NCBI GenBank assembly: GCA_023129075.1
Contig: JAGMCT010000001.1
Coordinates: 2,099 to 66,098 of the forward strand
Direction: 5' to 3'
DNA length: 64,000 nt
Origin: Candidatus Micrarchaeota archaeon
GTDB lineage: Archaea > Micrarchaeota > Micrarchaeia > Anstonellales > Bilamarchaeaceae
The translations under genes and the position numbers were made by a program. Under the pieces are notes generated by a model. The model was not told the DNA's origin. It made no database searches and worked only from the letters and a program-made list of their open reading frames with translations. Positions within the stretch are counted from its first letter, which is position 1. Each line of letters opens with the position of its first letter. Shown here piece by piece: positions 35,852 through 45,770 of the stretch.

Positions 35852-37309
35852 CTGCCCTGTCTTTTTTTGTGTTTTTGTTTTTTTTGGTTTGTTTTCTTTG
35901 GATTTTGAAGAGAATTTTTTTAAGATAGAATGCATTTTTTTCTCTTTCCTCTGCGATGCCCAGTAATAATATTCGTCGCGGGTTCCTTTTGTAATGAGGA
36001 TGCACACCTCTCCCTTATTCAACCTTCCAGTTCTCCCCCTTCTTTGAATCGTGCGTATTTCGCTGGGGATTGGTTCATAAAAAATAACAATATCCACGGC
36101 AGGGATATCAAGACCCTCTTCTCCAATTGAACTGGAGACAAGGATATCAAATTTGTTTTCTCTGAAATCTTGAATTGTTTGTTCCTGTTGTTTTTTTGTA
36201 AATTTATTTCTTTTTCCCATAAAAGGCTTGGCCGAGAAACCCAAGTCTAAAAGTTTGGAGACTATGTGCTCAATTTGAGTACGGTACTGAACAAAAACAA
36301 TAGCTTTCTTTCCTTTGTGTTTCAAAAGAAGAGAAAGGAGTTTTGGAATTTTTGGGTGTTCTGGTTTAGTTAAGAGGATTTTTTTTATTGTAAACATTTC
36401 TGGTTTGGAAAGGAGGGTCCTTGAAGATTTTGAGGGGTTTTTTTCTAGTTTTTTGATATATTGAGCTGTGGTGTAGGGTCCTTGTGTTTCTATAAGTTCC
36501 TGGAGGTGGAGGGAATGAAGAATAATGGAATAATGCATAATGGCTGTGTATTTCATAGGGTGTTTTATGGAAAGAATTCTTTTTCTATACTCCATAAAAC
36601 GTCCTTTTGAAATCAGCGGGAGATTAAATGACATTTTTTTTAGGGTTTGGTTGTGTTGTTTTATGATGGAAGAAAGAGCTAATTTTATCTCAATGAGCTC
36701 TTTTGTTGGTTGGACAAAAATCCATTCTAATTTTGTTTTTTGCACGTGGGGGGAAACGTCTTTATCTTGTTTGGTTCTCATTTCAATGTTATCTATCCTT
36801 AGGTTTGCTAAGATCTCATCTATCTTCTTTTTCGAACCGCCGGGAGAGGCAGTAAGACCGACAAGAAGAGTCTTCTCTGGGGCCTTTTTTGCTATGTTTG
36901 TGTAAGCATAGTTTCCAACCGCTCTGTGCGCCTCATCAAAAACAATTAAACTGAAATTCTCTAGAGATAGAAGTTTCTTCCTTAAATCGTTTCTTATGGT
37001 TTGGGGGGTGGCTATTATTATGTTAGAGGAATATTTATCTTTTCTTTTTTTTGGGCTTATTTCACCAGTAACAAGAATTGATTCTTCTTCATCCAGGTTA
37101 TCTAATTGGGTGAGAATTGTGTTTTGGTGTTGTTTTGCAAGAGGTTTGGTGGGAGTTAGGAAAAGAACTTGGCCTTCTTCTTTTAATTTGTTTATCAATA
37201 GAAGGGCGATTAGTGTTTTACCTAAACCTGTGGGGAGAACCACCAAACTGTTTCCTTTCTTTAAAATAGAATCATATATATTTTGTTGGTATTCTCTTGG
37301 TTTGTGCAT
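35828..37309 (-). CDS. Hef/FANCM/Mph1-like SF2 helicase (helicase domain only) with C-terminal PIP box
   Basis: PTGLGKT, DEAH, TASPG, QRRGRTGR motifs. The C-terminus QLDITSFL fits Qxx(I/L)xxF(F/L). ATG at 37309. Confidence 0.88.
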   Translation of the reverse strand: MHKPREYQQNIYDSILKKGNSLVVLPTGLGKTLIALLLINKLKEEGQVLFLTPTKPLAKQHQNTILTQLDNLDEEESILVTGEISPKKRKDKYSSNIIIATPQTIRNDLRKKLLSLENFSLIVFDEAHRAVGNYAYTNIAKKAPEKTLLVGLTASPGGSKKKIDEILANLRIDNIEMRTKQDKDVSPHVQKTKLEWIFVQPTKELIEIKLALSSIIKQHNQTLKKMSFNLPLISKGRFMEYRKRILSIKHPMKYTAIMHYSIILHSLHLQELIETQGPYTTAQYIKKLEKNPSKSSRTLLSKPEMFTIKKILLTKPEHPKIPKLLSLLLKHKGKKAIVFVQYRTQIEHIVSKLLDLGFSAKPFMGKRNKFTKKQQEQTIQDFRENKFDILVSSSIGEEGLDIPAVDIVIFYEPIPSEIRTIQRRGRTGRLNKGEVCILITKGTRDEYYYWASQRKEKKMHSILKKFSSKSKENKPKKTKTQKKTGQLDITSFL

Positions 37310-37402
37310 AAATAAAAAATAAAACAAAGAGAATTAAAAAATAGGGGGGGTGGACTTCCACTAATCTAAAAATAATAATAAAACAAAAGATATAAAAGAT
37401 AT

Positions 37403-37420
37403 ATGTAACTATAGTTACAT
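37403..37420. repeat. 18-bp perfect palindrome, copy 2
   Basis: Exact match. Ends 1 nt before the ATG at 37422 and lies ~90 nt upstream of the divergent Hef start. Confidence 0.95.
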
Positions 37421-37421
37421 T

Positions 37422-37655
37422 ATGATTGTATATTTTTATGATTTAAAAGGAAAAGACCTAAGAGAATATAATAGAGTAAAAAGAAGATTTTACTATAATT
37501 TAGCGAGGCTTTCTGGTGTTGGGATGGTGTGGCGAAGCAAATCAGTATTTAGTATAGATGATAAATATGAGAGATATATTGATTCTTTTCTAAAAGAATA
37601 TATTCCTTTTTTAGAGGTTTATAAAGTACACACAGAAAAGATTTGTTCTTTATAA
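37422..37655 (+). CDS. Small hypothetical protein with Cas2-like (ferredoxin-fold) sequence pattern
   Basis: MIVYFYDL...REYNRVKRRFYYNLARL...SKSVF follows the beta-alpha-beta pattern of the Cas2/VapD N-terminus. No cas1 or CRISPR array in the window. Confidence 0.4.
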   Translation: MIVYFYDLKGKDLREYNRVKRRFYYNLARLSGVGMVWRSKSVFSIDDKYERYIDSFLKEYIPFLEVYKVHTEKICSL

Positions 37656-37680
37656 TTTATTAGTGGAAGTAAAGGGGCCC

Positions 37681-39225
37681 TCACATTTCAATTTCACACA
37701 CAATCACAGGGTATTCAACACCATATTTCCTTAGTATTTTTGGGTTTATCTCTCCTATAATTCCTTTTTGTTTATTCTTTATAATAATATCCACAGACCT
37801 GCCGCATATGAAACCCTGTTTATCTCTTTGTAGAATTTCATATTCTGTTTTTTGTTCTTTCATATATCTCTCAAGAAAAGAAAGCCCCTCTTCAATATTT
37901 ACCTTGTTTTTTGTGAAACCAAAACCAATAACCTCCTTTTCTTTACCATCATATATTTTTCCAACCTCATAGAAATATTGGGGGAATCCTTTTGTTTTGT
38001 TTCTTGCGAGTGTTTGTAGAATTCCAGGAACCAAAGAATTTCTCAAAACAGAGAATTCCTCTGAAGTAGAGTTTATTGTTTTTCTTGCTCTTTTCTTTTC
38101 AAAATCCTGTGTGTGTTTTTGATTGGTGAGGGTAAAATTTATTATTTCCATGAAGCCCATACCAACCATCAAATTATCTATCTTCTCCCTTTTCATATCT
38201 ACCTTTGCTGTTGTAAACAGAGACGGCTGTTCAGGTTCAAACTTAGAATAACCATATCCTATTGCAACATCCTCAATTATATCCACATAAGAAATGATAT
38301 CTGTTCTATAAGGGGGGATGCAAACACTTCCCCCATCAAAACCATACCCCATTTTAGTAAGATTTTTTTTAATCGCCGTCAAATCAAGGTCTAGACCCAA
38401 TAATTTATTCGTTTCTTCCACACACATCTTAATTTTTTTTTCATTTAGTTCGGGGTATTTTTTTCTTCCAACCCCAACAGAATAAATTTCCCCCCCCCGC
38501 TGTGCCAGAGCCAAAACAAGGATGTTGAGTACCTGGACAGTTGTTTTTTCACAATTTCCAGTAACCTCTATAAATACACCTGTTGTTTTTTCGCTCACCC
38601 TGGTTTTTTCTGAGTTTATGATTGGAGGAAAAGAGATAACCCCTTCCTTATCATAAATCAGAGGGTATTTGTCTTTCAGAAGATGGGAATATTTCTTTCC
38701 TTTAGGATGTTCTGTGAGAATTCTTTTGATTCCTGCCATTTCCTTGAAATCCAAGGGCACAAATTCCTCTTTTTCAACTGCTTTATATTCAAGAGGAAAA
38801 ACAATATTTTTTAAGTCATGAATTCCTATTGCAGCCTTCCTCCTTTTTCTTCCTATTGTTTCGTGCATTTTTTCCTGTATTTGTATGAGGGATTTGAGCA
38901 GGGATTCATTCATTTCTATATTTTCAACGACCGCAGCGGCTAGATAAGGCCTTACTTCTTTTATACTTTCTTTAACATCTACAAAGTACTCCTTTTTTTC
39001 TTTTGGAATTGGGAGCATATGCGGCTTCATATGATATGAATCAATAGCTCTTTTTATACCTTCTATAGAAAATAAATCCGGGCGGTTTGGTGTTATCTCA
39101 ACAAGTATTCGTTCTTCATCCTCTTCAGTAGGCATGCCAATCTCAGTAAGTACATTTATTATGGTTTTTTTATCATACCCACAATAATCCACAGCCTCTT
39201 TTTTATTCAGTTCTATAACAGCCAT
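37681..39225 (-). CDS. pheT: Phenylalanine--tRNA ligase beta subunit (archaeal type)
   Basis: 514 aa, B3/4 and B5 domain layout, ITPNRPDLFSIEGI motif. Confidence 0.9.
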   Translation of the reverse strand: MAVIELNKKEAVDYCGYDKKTIINVLTEIGMPTEEDEERILVEITPNRPDLFSIEGIKRAIDSYHMKPHMLPIPKEKKEYFVDVKESIKEVRPYLAAAVVENIEMNESLLKSLIQIQEKMHETIGRKRRKAAIGIHDLKNIVFPLEYKAVEKEEFVPLDFKEMAGIKRILTEHPKGKKYSHLLKDKYPLIYDKEGVISFPPIINSEKTRVSEKTTGVFIEVTGNCEKTTVQVLNILVLALAQRGGEIYSVGVGRKKYPELNEKKIKMCVEETNKLLGLDLDLTAIKKNLTKMGYGFDGGSVCIPPYRTDIISYVDIIEDVAIGYGYSKFEPEQPSLFTTAKVDMKREKIDNLMVGMGFMEIINFTLTNQKHTQDFEKKRARKTINSTSEEFSVLRNSLVPGILQTLARNKTKGFPQYFYEVGKIYDGKEKEVIGFGFTKNKVNIEEGLSFLERYMKEQKTEYEILQRDKQGFICGRSVDIIIKNKQKGIIGEINPKILRKYGVEYPVIVCEIEM

Positions 39226-39263
39226 ATTCTCAATTCCCGTTAAAAGGGTTTAAATTTATATAT

Positions 39264-39281
39264 ATGTAACTATAGTTACAT
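39264..39281. repeat. 18-bp perfect palindrome, copy 3
   Basis: Exact match. Lies 7 nt past the purF stop and 38 nt upstream of the pheT start. Confidence 0.95.
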
Positions 39282-39288
39282 TGACCCC

Positions 39289-40647
39289 TCATTCTGCTTC
39301 ATCAGCAAGTTTTTGGATGTATTCTGTTTGATATTCCCCCGTAAGACACCCAATGCAGATATTGTTTCCTATTGCCCGTTTTAAGGATTCCAGACTTAGG
39401 TAGTGCAGGCTGTCCACCCCCAGCATCTTTTTTATTTCTTCAGCACCCGTTTTATTTGCAACAAGTTCTTTTTTTGTTGGGATATCCACACCATAAAAAC
39501 AAGGTCCTTTTATTGGAGGTGAATGAATCCTCAGATGGACCTTTTTTGCCCCTGTTTTCTTCACCTTTCTTATAATCTCTTTCATTGTCGTTCCCCTCAC
39601 AATACTATCGTCCACAATAATAACATCCTTCCCCTTCAAAACCTCCCTTACAGGAGTAAGTTTCATCTTAACCGCCTCAACTCTTTTTTCTTGAGAAGGC
39701 ATAATAAACGTTCTTGCTACATACCTATTTTTTATTAATCCTTCCACATACGGTATCCCTGCTTTTTTTGCATATGCAATAGCGCTTATTCTTGAAGAGT
39801 CCGGCACACAGATGACCAAGTCCGCTTCTGTTGGTTTTTCATCATAAAGATAGCTCCCCAATCTTTGTCTTACAAGATAAACAGATTTATCATTTATTCT
39901 TGATTCCGGCCTTGAAAAATAAACATATTCAAACATACAATTTTTGGTTTTTTTCTGTAGTAGTATCTCTTCCTTTCTCTTTCCCTGTTTGTCAACAATT
40001 ATCAATTCACCAGGTTTGATGCTTCTCACATAATCTACATCGTTCATATCAAAAACAATTGATTCTGAACCAAACATAACCATTTCTTTATTTTCACCCA
40101 TTACCAACGGCCGTATGCCCCAGGGGTCTCTGAATGCAAATAACCTATCTTCGTAAATACCAACTATTGAATAAGAGCCCTCGGTTTCTTCCATCACTTT
40201 TTTAACTGCGTTTTTCAGGCCGCCACCATTTTTTATTTCTTCAATAAGCATATATAGAAGAGGCTCATTATCCACTCCCCCTTGAAACTGATAACCCTTT
40301 TTTTCCATCTTTTCTTTCAATTCTTTGTAATTTGCTATGTGCCCATTGTGCGCTATTGTTATCTGCCCTGCTTTTATAGGCTGAACATCAACCTCCAAAC
40401 AACTGCCGGTTGTAGGATATCTTGTGTGCCCCACACCCAAACACCCCTTTGCAGTGAAACAATCTTCGTTTATTACTTCCGAGACAAGCCCAAGCCCTTT
40501 TTTTTCATAAAAAGGAGAAGATAATATCATTCCTGCGGCGTCCTGCCCCCTATGTTGCAGACCCACCATTCCTTTATATATCTCTCTTGCAACAGGTCTG
40601 TTTTTTTTTGAGATTGCCCCTACAACACCGCACCACTCTTTCATCAT
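39289..40647 (-). CDS. purF: Amidophosphoribosyltransferase
   Basis: N-terminal CGVVG nucleophile, VIIVDDSIVRGTT PRPP motif. Confidence 0.93.
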   Translation of the reverse strand: MMKEWCGVVGAISKKNRPVAREIYKGMVGLQHRGQDAAGMILSSPFYEKKGLGLVSEVINEDCFTAKGCLGVGHTRYPTTGSCLEVDVQPIKAGQITIAHNGHIANYKELKEKMEKKGYQFQGGVDNEPLLYMLIEEIKNGGGLKNAVKKVMEETEGSYSIVGIYEDRLFAFRDPWGIRPLVMGENKEMVMFGSESIVFDMNDVDYVRSIKPGELIIVDKQGKRKEEILLQKKTKNCMFEYVYFSRPESRINDKSVYLVRQRLGSYLYDEKPTEADLVICVPDSSRISAIAYAKKAGIPYVEGLIKNRYVARTFIMPSQEKRVEAVKMKLTPVREVLKGKDVIIVDDSIVRGTTMKEIIRKVKKTGAKKVHLRIHSPPIKGPCFYGVDIPTKKELVANKTGAEEIKKMLGVDSLHYLSLESLKRAIGNNICIGCLTGEYQTEYIQKLADEAE

Positions 40648-42074
40648 CTCTTGCTCAACCTCCTCAAAAATTCAACAACCAACCGCACCCCCTTACCGCT
40701 CGGGCCCTTTGAAAGATATTCATTACTGTTTTCCATGAGGTCTACTGTTGCTATATCAAGATGCATAAATTCATTCTTCCCTGCGAACTCCTTTATAAAA
40801 AGTCCTGCAGTTATCGTTCCTGCATATCCCTGCTCGCTTCCTATATTTTTCAAATCTGCCATTTCCCCCTTTACCATTTCGGAGTATTCCTTCCACATCG
40901 GCAGTTCCCACACTCTTTCATAGGTTTTTATTCCACTTTCATACATCATTTTCGAGTATTCCTTTTTCGTACTCAGCATTGGAATTCCATGTGTTCCAAG
41001 CACAGCAAAAGCAGCTCCGGTTAGGGTTGCCATGGTAATAATCAAATCTGGTTTTTTTTCTGCTGCAAGAGCAACACCATCCGCTAAGATAAGCCTTCCT
41101 TCAGCATCCGTATTGAGGACCTCAACCGTTTTTTTGTTGTACATCGTTATTATGTCCCCTGGTTTTGTGGCATTTCCATCAGGCATGTTCTCACTTGCAG
41201 GGATTATTGCAGTTACTTTTATGGGGAGTTTTAGATTTGCAACAGCCTTCATAATTGCAATGGTGTTTACGGCGCCGGTTTTATCGTATTTCATGGAGTC
41301 CATCCCTCTGCTTGGTTTAATGGAAATTCCTCCGCTGTCAAAAGTAATTCCCTTGCCTACGAGTATTATGTGTTTTCCCCCCCTTCCTTTATACTCCAAT
41401 CTTATCATCACAGGTTCCTGTGCACTTCCTGCAGAAACAGCAAGCACACCTCCCATCCCCTTTTTCTTCATCTCTCCCTTGGTATACAAACTGAATTTTA
41501 GGCCTTCTTTTTTTGCCATTCTTTCAGCGAAAACAGCAAGTTTTCTGGGTGTCATTTCATTTGCAGGATAATAGTTTATTTCTCTACTGTAATTCTGTGC
41601 TTCTGCAGTTATCTTACATATCCTTAATTCGGCCAAATCTTTTTTTCTGCAGATAAAACCAATTTTTTTAATTTTCTTCGTCTCCTTTTCTTTTTTTGTT
41701 TTGTATCTGTCAAATCTGAATGAACCTAAGATGGCCCCTTCTTCGGTTGTGCATATCTTTTCTGTAGAATACTGTTCTTTTGGAACCATAAAACAACAAC
41801 TTTCAAGCTTGAGTATTTCTGCCCTTTTTACTCCCAAACCGCCGGCTTTTCTGTATTCTTCAGGGGTGGGTTTTTTTCCGAGCCCTATAAAAAAGAACCT
41901 TTTTATCTTTCCTTTTGCTAAGGGAAAAAAATAAGTTTCTCCTTCTTTTCCTTGGAATTCCTTCCCAGGTTTTATCCCGCACAATTCCTTCACTATTTTC
42001 TGTTTCCCCTCTTCTACAGGAATGCTTAATAGTTCTATCTCCCTAATTGGTTTTTCTAGATATTCAATATTCAT
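40644..42074 (-). CDS. pepA: Leucyl aminopeptidase (M17)
   Basis: VGKGITFDSGG, NTDAEGRL motifs. Confidence 0.9.
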   Translation of the reverse strand: MNIEYLEKPIREIELLSIPVEEGKQKIVKELCGIKPGKEFQGKEGETYFFPLAKGKIKRFFFIGLGKKPTPEEYRKAGGLGVKRAEILKLESCCFMVPKEQYSTEKICTTEEGAILGSFRFDRYKTKKEKETKKIKKIGFICRKKDLAELRICKITAEAQNYSREINYYPANEMTPRKLAVFAERMAKKEGLKFSLYTKGEMKKKGMGGVLAVSAGSAQEPVMIRLEYKGRGGKHIILVGKGITFDSGGISIKPSRGMDSMKYDKTGAVNTIAIMKAVANLKLPIKVTAIIPASENMPDGNATKPGDIITMYNKKTVEVLNTDAEGRLILADGVALAAEKKPDLIITMATLTGAAFAVLGTHGIPMLSTKKEYSKMMYESGIKTYERVWELPMWKEYSEMVKGEMADLKNIGSEQGYAGTITAGLFIKEFAGKNEFMHLDIATVDLMENSNEYLSKGPSGKGVRLVVEFLRRLSKR

Positions 42075-42078
42075 TTTT

Positions 42079-42855
42079 TCACCCTAACTCTTCAAGATAT
42101 CTCTTTGCATTTTCAAACAACTCCAACCCATCCCCCTGCTTAGGATATTTGTGGGTCCAGAAAGGGTTATTGGTTGGATGATTGTAAGCCTCAGGATGCG
42201 GCATCATCCCAAAAATCTGCCCGCTCATATCGCTTACAGCTGCAATATTGAGAGCCGAACCGTTTGGATTGTGGGGGTATCCCCCAAGTTCTCCCCTTTC
42301 ATTTACATACTGCATGGTATGAAGATTCTTTCCTATTAAATGGTCCATAATCTCTTTGGATGAAGGCACAAATCTCCCTTCCCCATGTCTCACAGGAAGC
42401 CAAAGATGTTCTATATTTTTCGTGAACACTGAAGGCGAAGAGCTGTTTATCCTTAACCTCACCCACCGGTCTTCAAAAAGCCCGTTTGCATTTGTGATTA
42501 AGGTAACTCTCTGTTCAAAATCAGGTTCAGGCAGAAGCCCCATTTTTACAAGCGCTTGAAAACCATTGCATACGCCCAATATCAGTTTGCCTTCACTTAT
42601 GTAAGTGAGAATTTCCCTTCCGATTCCATACCTTATCTTGTTTGCAAGCACCTTTCCTGATGCAATATCATCACCAAATGAAAAACCACCCGGGAAGAAA
42701 AGAAGATTATAGTCATGAATTATTCCCGGGTTGTCTAACACTTGGTTTATATGTTTCCCATCTGCAACCCCGCCAACTTTCTCTACAGCATATTTTGATT
42801 CGTAGTCGCAATTTATTCCATATCCCTGAAGTATAAGAGCCTTCAACCCCGCCAT
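42079..42855 (-). CDS. purQ: Phosphoribosylformylglycinamidine synthase, glutaminase subunit
   Basis: GVCNGFQ nucleophile elbow, MMPHPE His-Glu motif. Confidence 0.9.
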   Translation of the reverse strand: MAGLKALILQGYGINCDYESKYAVEKVGGVADGKHINQVLDNPGIIHDYNLLFFPGGFSFGDDIASGKVLANKIRYGIGREILTYISEGKLILGVCNGFQALVKMGLLPEPDFEQRVTLITNANGLFEDRWVRLRINSSSPSVFTKNIEHLWLPVRHGEGRFVPSSKEIMDHLIGKNLHTMQYVNERGELGGYPHNPNGSALNIAAVSDMSGQIFGMMPHPEAYNHPTNNPFWTHKYPKQGDGLELFENAKRYLEELG

Positions 42856-45761
42856 TCAATCCCCCCTCTCCAAAGATTTCTCAATTCTTTCGCATCCTCA
42901 TTTATGAGAATCTTTTCTTCTAATCTGAGTATAAATCTTTTATCCCCCCTAACTCTTCCTATTCTACTCAAATCAGCACCATTCATTATTTTTTCAAAAC
43001 TCTGCACATCTCTTTCCTTTACTGAAACCACAAATCTCCCAGGAGTTTCTGAGAAGATCATCGCTGTTTCAGAACACCCATCATTTTTCAATAGTTCCAG
43101 GTTTACATCAACACCATAACCACCCGAAAATGAGCTTTCAGCCAAAGCCACGGCTAAACCTCCATCAGATACATCATGGGCCGACCTTACCAGTCCGAGC
43201 TTCATTGCATCAACCAGTTTTTTGTAGTTTCTGATATTTTTTTCTATTTCAACATAAGGGATGTTTTTTCTTATGATTCCTTGTAAAACAAGGTATTCGG
43301 CCCCCCCCATTTCAGGCCTTGTATTTCCTATAACATACAAAATGTCACCGGATTCTTTTATTTCAATACTTACTGCTTTTTTTATGTTCTCAATCTTTCC
43401 GACTACAGTAATAAGTAATGTTGGTTTTATTGAATATTTTTTCTTCCCGTCGAAATAATCATTTTTCATACTATCTTTTCCTGAAATAAGAGGAATCTGA
43501 TATGATGTTGCAATCTTATAGATGCCTTCCGCAGCTTTCACAAGATTTGCAAGTTTTATGCCTCCATCTTCATTACCTTTTCCCTTTATTGGATTTGGCC
43601 ACGAGAAATTATCAAGGGCAGCCATGTGCTCAAAGTCCCCCCCGCTTGCGATTACGTTTCGTACTGCTTCATCAAACGCAAGCATGGCCATCTTCCCGCC
43701 ATCTTCGATGTATTTTGGGCATATTCCATGACCCACAACAACACCCCATTCCTTTTCCAGAATAGGTCTGAATACACCAGCATCGCTCGGTCCCGCAAGC
43801 CCCATGAGCGGTTTTATCACGCTTCCCCCCTGCACTTCATGGTCGTATCTTCTTACCACCCATTCTTTGGATGCTATGTTCGGACTGGAAAGCAGTTTCT
43901 TTAACCCTTCTCCAAAACCTATTTCATCTGCCCATAATTCATCCTGTTCTTTTTCAGGCGGCTTCCATTCCGCCGTTAGTTTCATCTGTGGCACTCCTTC
44001 GTGCAGAAATTCCATATCAAGATAGGCAGCGGTCTTATTGTTATAAAGTATATGAAACATCCCGCTGTTTGTGAACAGGCCTACAATTGTCAGTTCAACA
44101 TCGTGTTTTTTTGCTATTTCCTTTAATTTTTCCATACTTTCAGGAGGGACAGCAAGGCTCATTCTTTCCTGTGATTCTGAAACCAGAATTTCCCAGGGGT
44201 CAAGACCAGGGTATTTAAGAGGGCACCTCTCAAGATAAATCTCACAACCCCCGCTCATCTGCGCCATCTCACCTATGCTTGAGGAGAGTCCGCCTGCGCC
44301 ATTATCCGTAATTGCATTATAAAGCCCAGAATCCCTCGCTTCAAGCACAAAATCTATAACCTTCTTCTGTGTTATGGGGTCGCCTATCTGCACAACAGAT
44401 GAACTTATATTCCCTGTTATCTGCTGTGAGGAAAACGTAGCGCCGTGTATGCCGTCTTTTCCTATTTTTCCCCCAACCATAATTGCATAATCACCATCGT
44501 TTATCGTTTTTACGGATGTTCTTTTTCCGTTTATCTCTGCAGGAAGCAGTCCTATGGTTCCTGCGTAAACCAAAGGCCGTGTGTTATAGCATTCATCAAA
44601 GGTTATTGAACCGTTCACTGTTGGAATTCCTACCTTGTTTCCCCCATCCTGTATTCCTTTTATTACTCCTTTCATTATTCTCCTTGTAGGCAGAACTTTA
44701 GGAGGAACATCAGTATCAAGGATTCCAAAACAAAGCATATTGACATTTGCAACAGGTTTCGCCCCCAGCCCGGTGCCCAAAACATCCCTGTTCACTCCGA
44801 GGATTCCGGTAAGCGCCCCCCCATAAGGGTCAAGGGCAGACGGTGCGTTGTGAGTCTCGACCTTCACAGCTATATTGTGTTCGTGGTCCATTTTTATTAT
44901 TCCGCCGTTGTCATGAAAAACAGAAACAACATAAGATTTTTTTATGTCTTCTGTTGCTTTTTTTATGTAGCTTTTGAATATTGAATTTACCTTCTTTTTC
45001 TCTCCGTTTTCTTCATACTCTATGACTGCGTTGAATATCTTGTGCTTGCAGTGCTCGCTCCACGACTGAGCTAATGCTTCAAGTTCCACATCAGTTATTT
45101 CCTTTCCAAGACCAGCCCGTTTTCTTCTTCTTCTTACTGCTGGTTTTTTCAGGTATTCCCTTATTTTCTCCATCTCTTCTACATTAAGCGCAAGCAACCT
45201 TTGTTTACTTAATTCTCTTAGTTTTTCAGGCTGTTCGGGCAGTTCTATTTTTTCAACAGTTGGTTCGCTTTTTATCTTAACCTTCGGGATGTAGGGTATG
45301 AAACTAGTATCTCCTGATTTGAATATCCTCCAGCTTTCTATGAGTTTGTTTGCAAGAACCATTCCGGCTATTTTTTCCAGTTCCTGATGATTGAGGTTTC
45401 CTTCAAGAGCGTAAACCTTTGAGAAATGGACTTCACATTCTTTCCCCAGAACATCCCGTATTCCCTCCCTTGCAGTTTTTCCTACGTTGTCGGTGACTCC
45501 GGGGAGAAATCCTATCTCTATCCTATGGAGTTCCTCTCTTATGGGTTTGTCAATTGAATATTTCTCAACAACCCTGTCAGCAAAAAGTTCATTTGAAAGT
45601 TTTTCCAGTTCCTCATTTGTAAGTTCTTCATCTATATTATATACGTTTATTGAGTAGATTTCAGAGATATTAATTCCTATCTCATTTATCTTTTTCTTTA
45701 TCTCTTCTGTTTCCACTGGATTCTTTAAAGAGTCCAGGACACATACTTCTATTCTTTTCAT
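42843..45761 (-). CDS. purL: Phosphoribosylformylglycinamidine synthase subunit PurL with two N-terminal PurS-like repeats
   Basis: WSEHCKHKIF PurL motif begins near residue ~230. The preceding ~185 aa form two ~85-aa units that end ADRVVEKYSI and ANKLIESWRI, like PurS C-termini. Confidence 0.9.
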   Translation of the reverse strand: MKRIEVCVLDSLKNPVETEEIKKKINEIGINISEIYSINVYNIDEELTNEELEKLSNELFADRVVEKYSIDKPIREELHRIEIGFLPGVTDNVGKTAREGIRDVLGKECEVHFSKVYALEGNLNHQELEKIAGMVLANKLIESWRIFKSGDTSFIPYIPKVKIKSEPTVEKIELPEQPEKLRELSKQRLLALNVEEMEKIREYLKKPAVRRRRKRAGLGKEITDVELEALAQSWSEHCKHKIFNAVIEYEENGEKKKVNSIFKSYIKKATEDIKKSYVVSVFHDNGGIIKMDHEHNIAVKVETHNAPSALDPYGGALTGILGVNRDVLGTGLGAKPVANVNMLCFGILDTDVPPKVLPTRRIMKGVIKGIQDGGNKVGIPTVNGSITFDECYNTRPLVYAGTIGLLPAEINGKRTSVKTINDGDYAIMVGGKIGKDGIHGATFSSQQITGNISSSVVQIGDPITQKKVIDFVLEARDSGLYNAITDNGAGGLSSSIGEMAQMSGGCEIYLERCPLKYPGLDPWEILVSESQERMSLAVPPESMEKLKEIAKKHDVELTIVGLFTNSGMFHILYNNKTAAYLDMEFLHEGVPQMKLTAEWKPPEKEQDELWADEIGFGEGLKKLLSSPNIASKEWVVRRYDHEVQGGSVIKPLMGLAGPSDAGVFRPILEKEWGVVVGHGICPKYIEDGGKMAMLAFDEAVRNVIASGGDFEHMAALDNFSWPNPIKGKGNEDGGIKLANLVKAAEGIYKIATSYQIPLISGKDSMKNDYFDGKKKYSIKPTLLITVVGKIENIKKAVSIEIKESGDILYVIGNTRPEMGGAEYLVLQGIIRKNIPYVEIEKNIRNYKKLVDAMKLGLVRSAHDVSDGGLAVALAESSFSGGYGVDVNLELLKNDGCSETAMIFSETPGRFVVSVKERDVQSFEKIMNGADLSRIGRVRGDKRFILRLEEKILINEDAKELRNLWRGGIEWRG

Positions 45762-45770
45762 ATCCTCCCC

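Noticed and set aside
41032-41571. Long antisense ORFs inside well-supported genes (also 46912-47385, 24346-24930, 12568-13005, 14504-14977, 35209-35619, 5865-6257)
   Set aside because: Each lies opposite a CDS with clear family motifs and has Ser/Phe/Leu/Pro-rich low-complexity translations typical of shadow frames.
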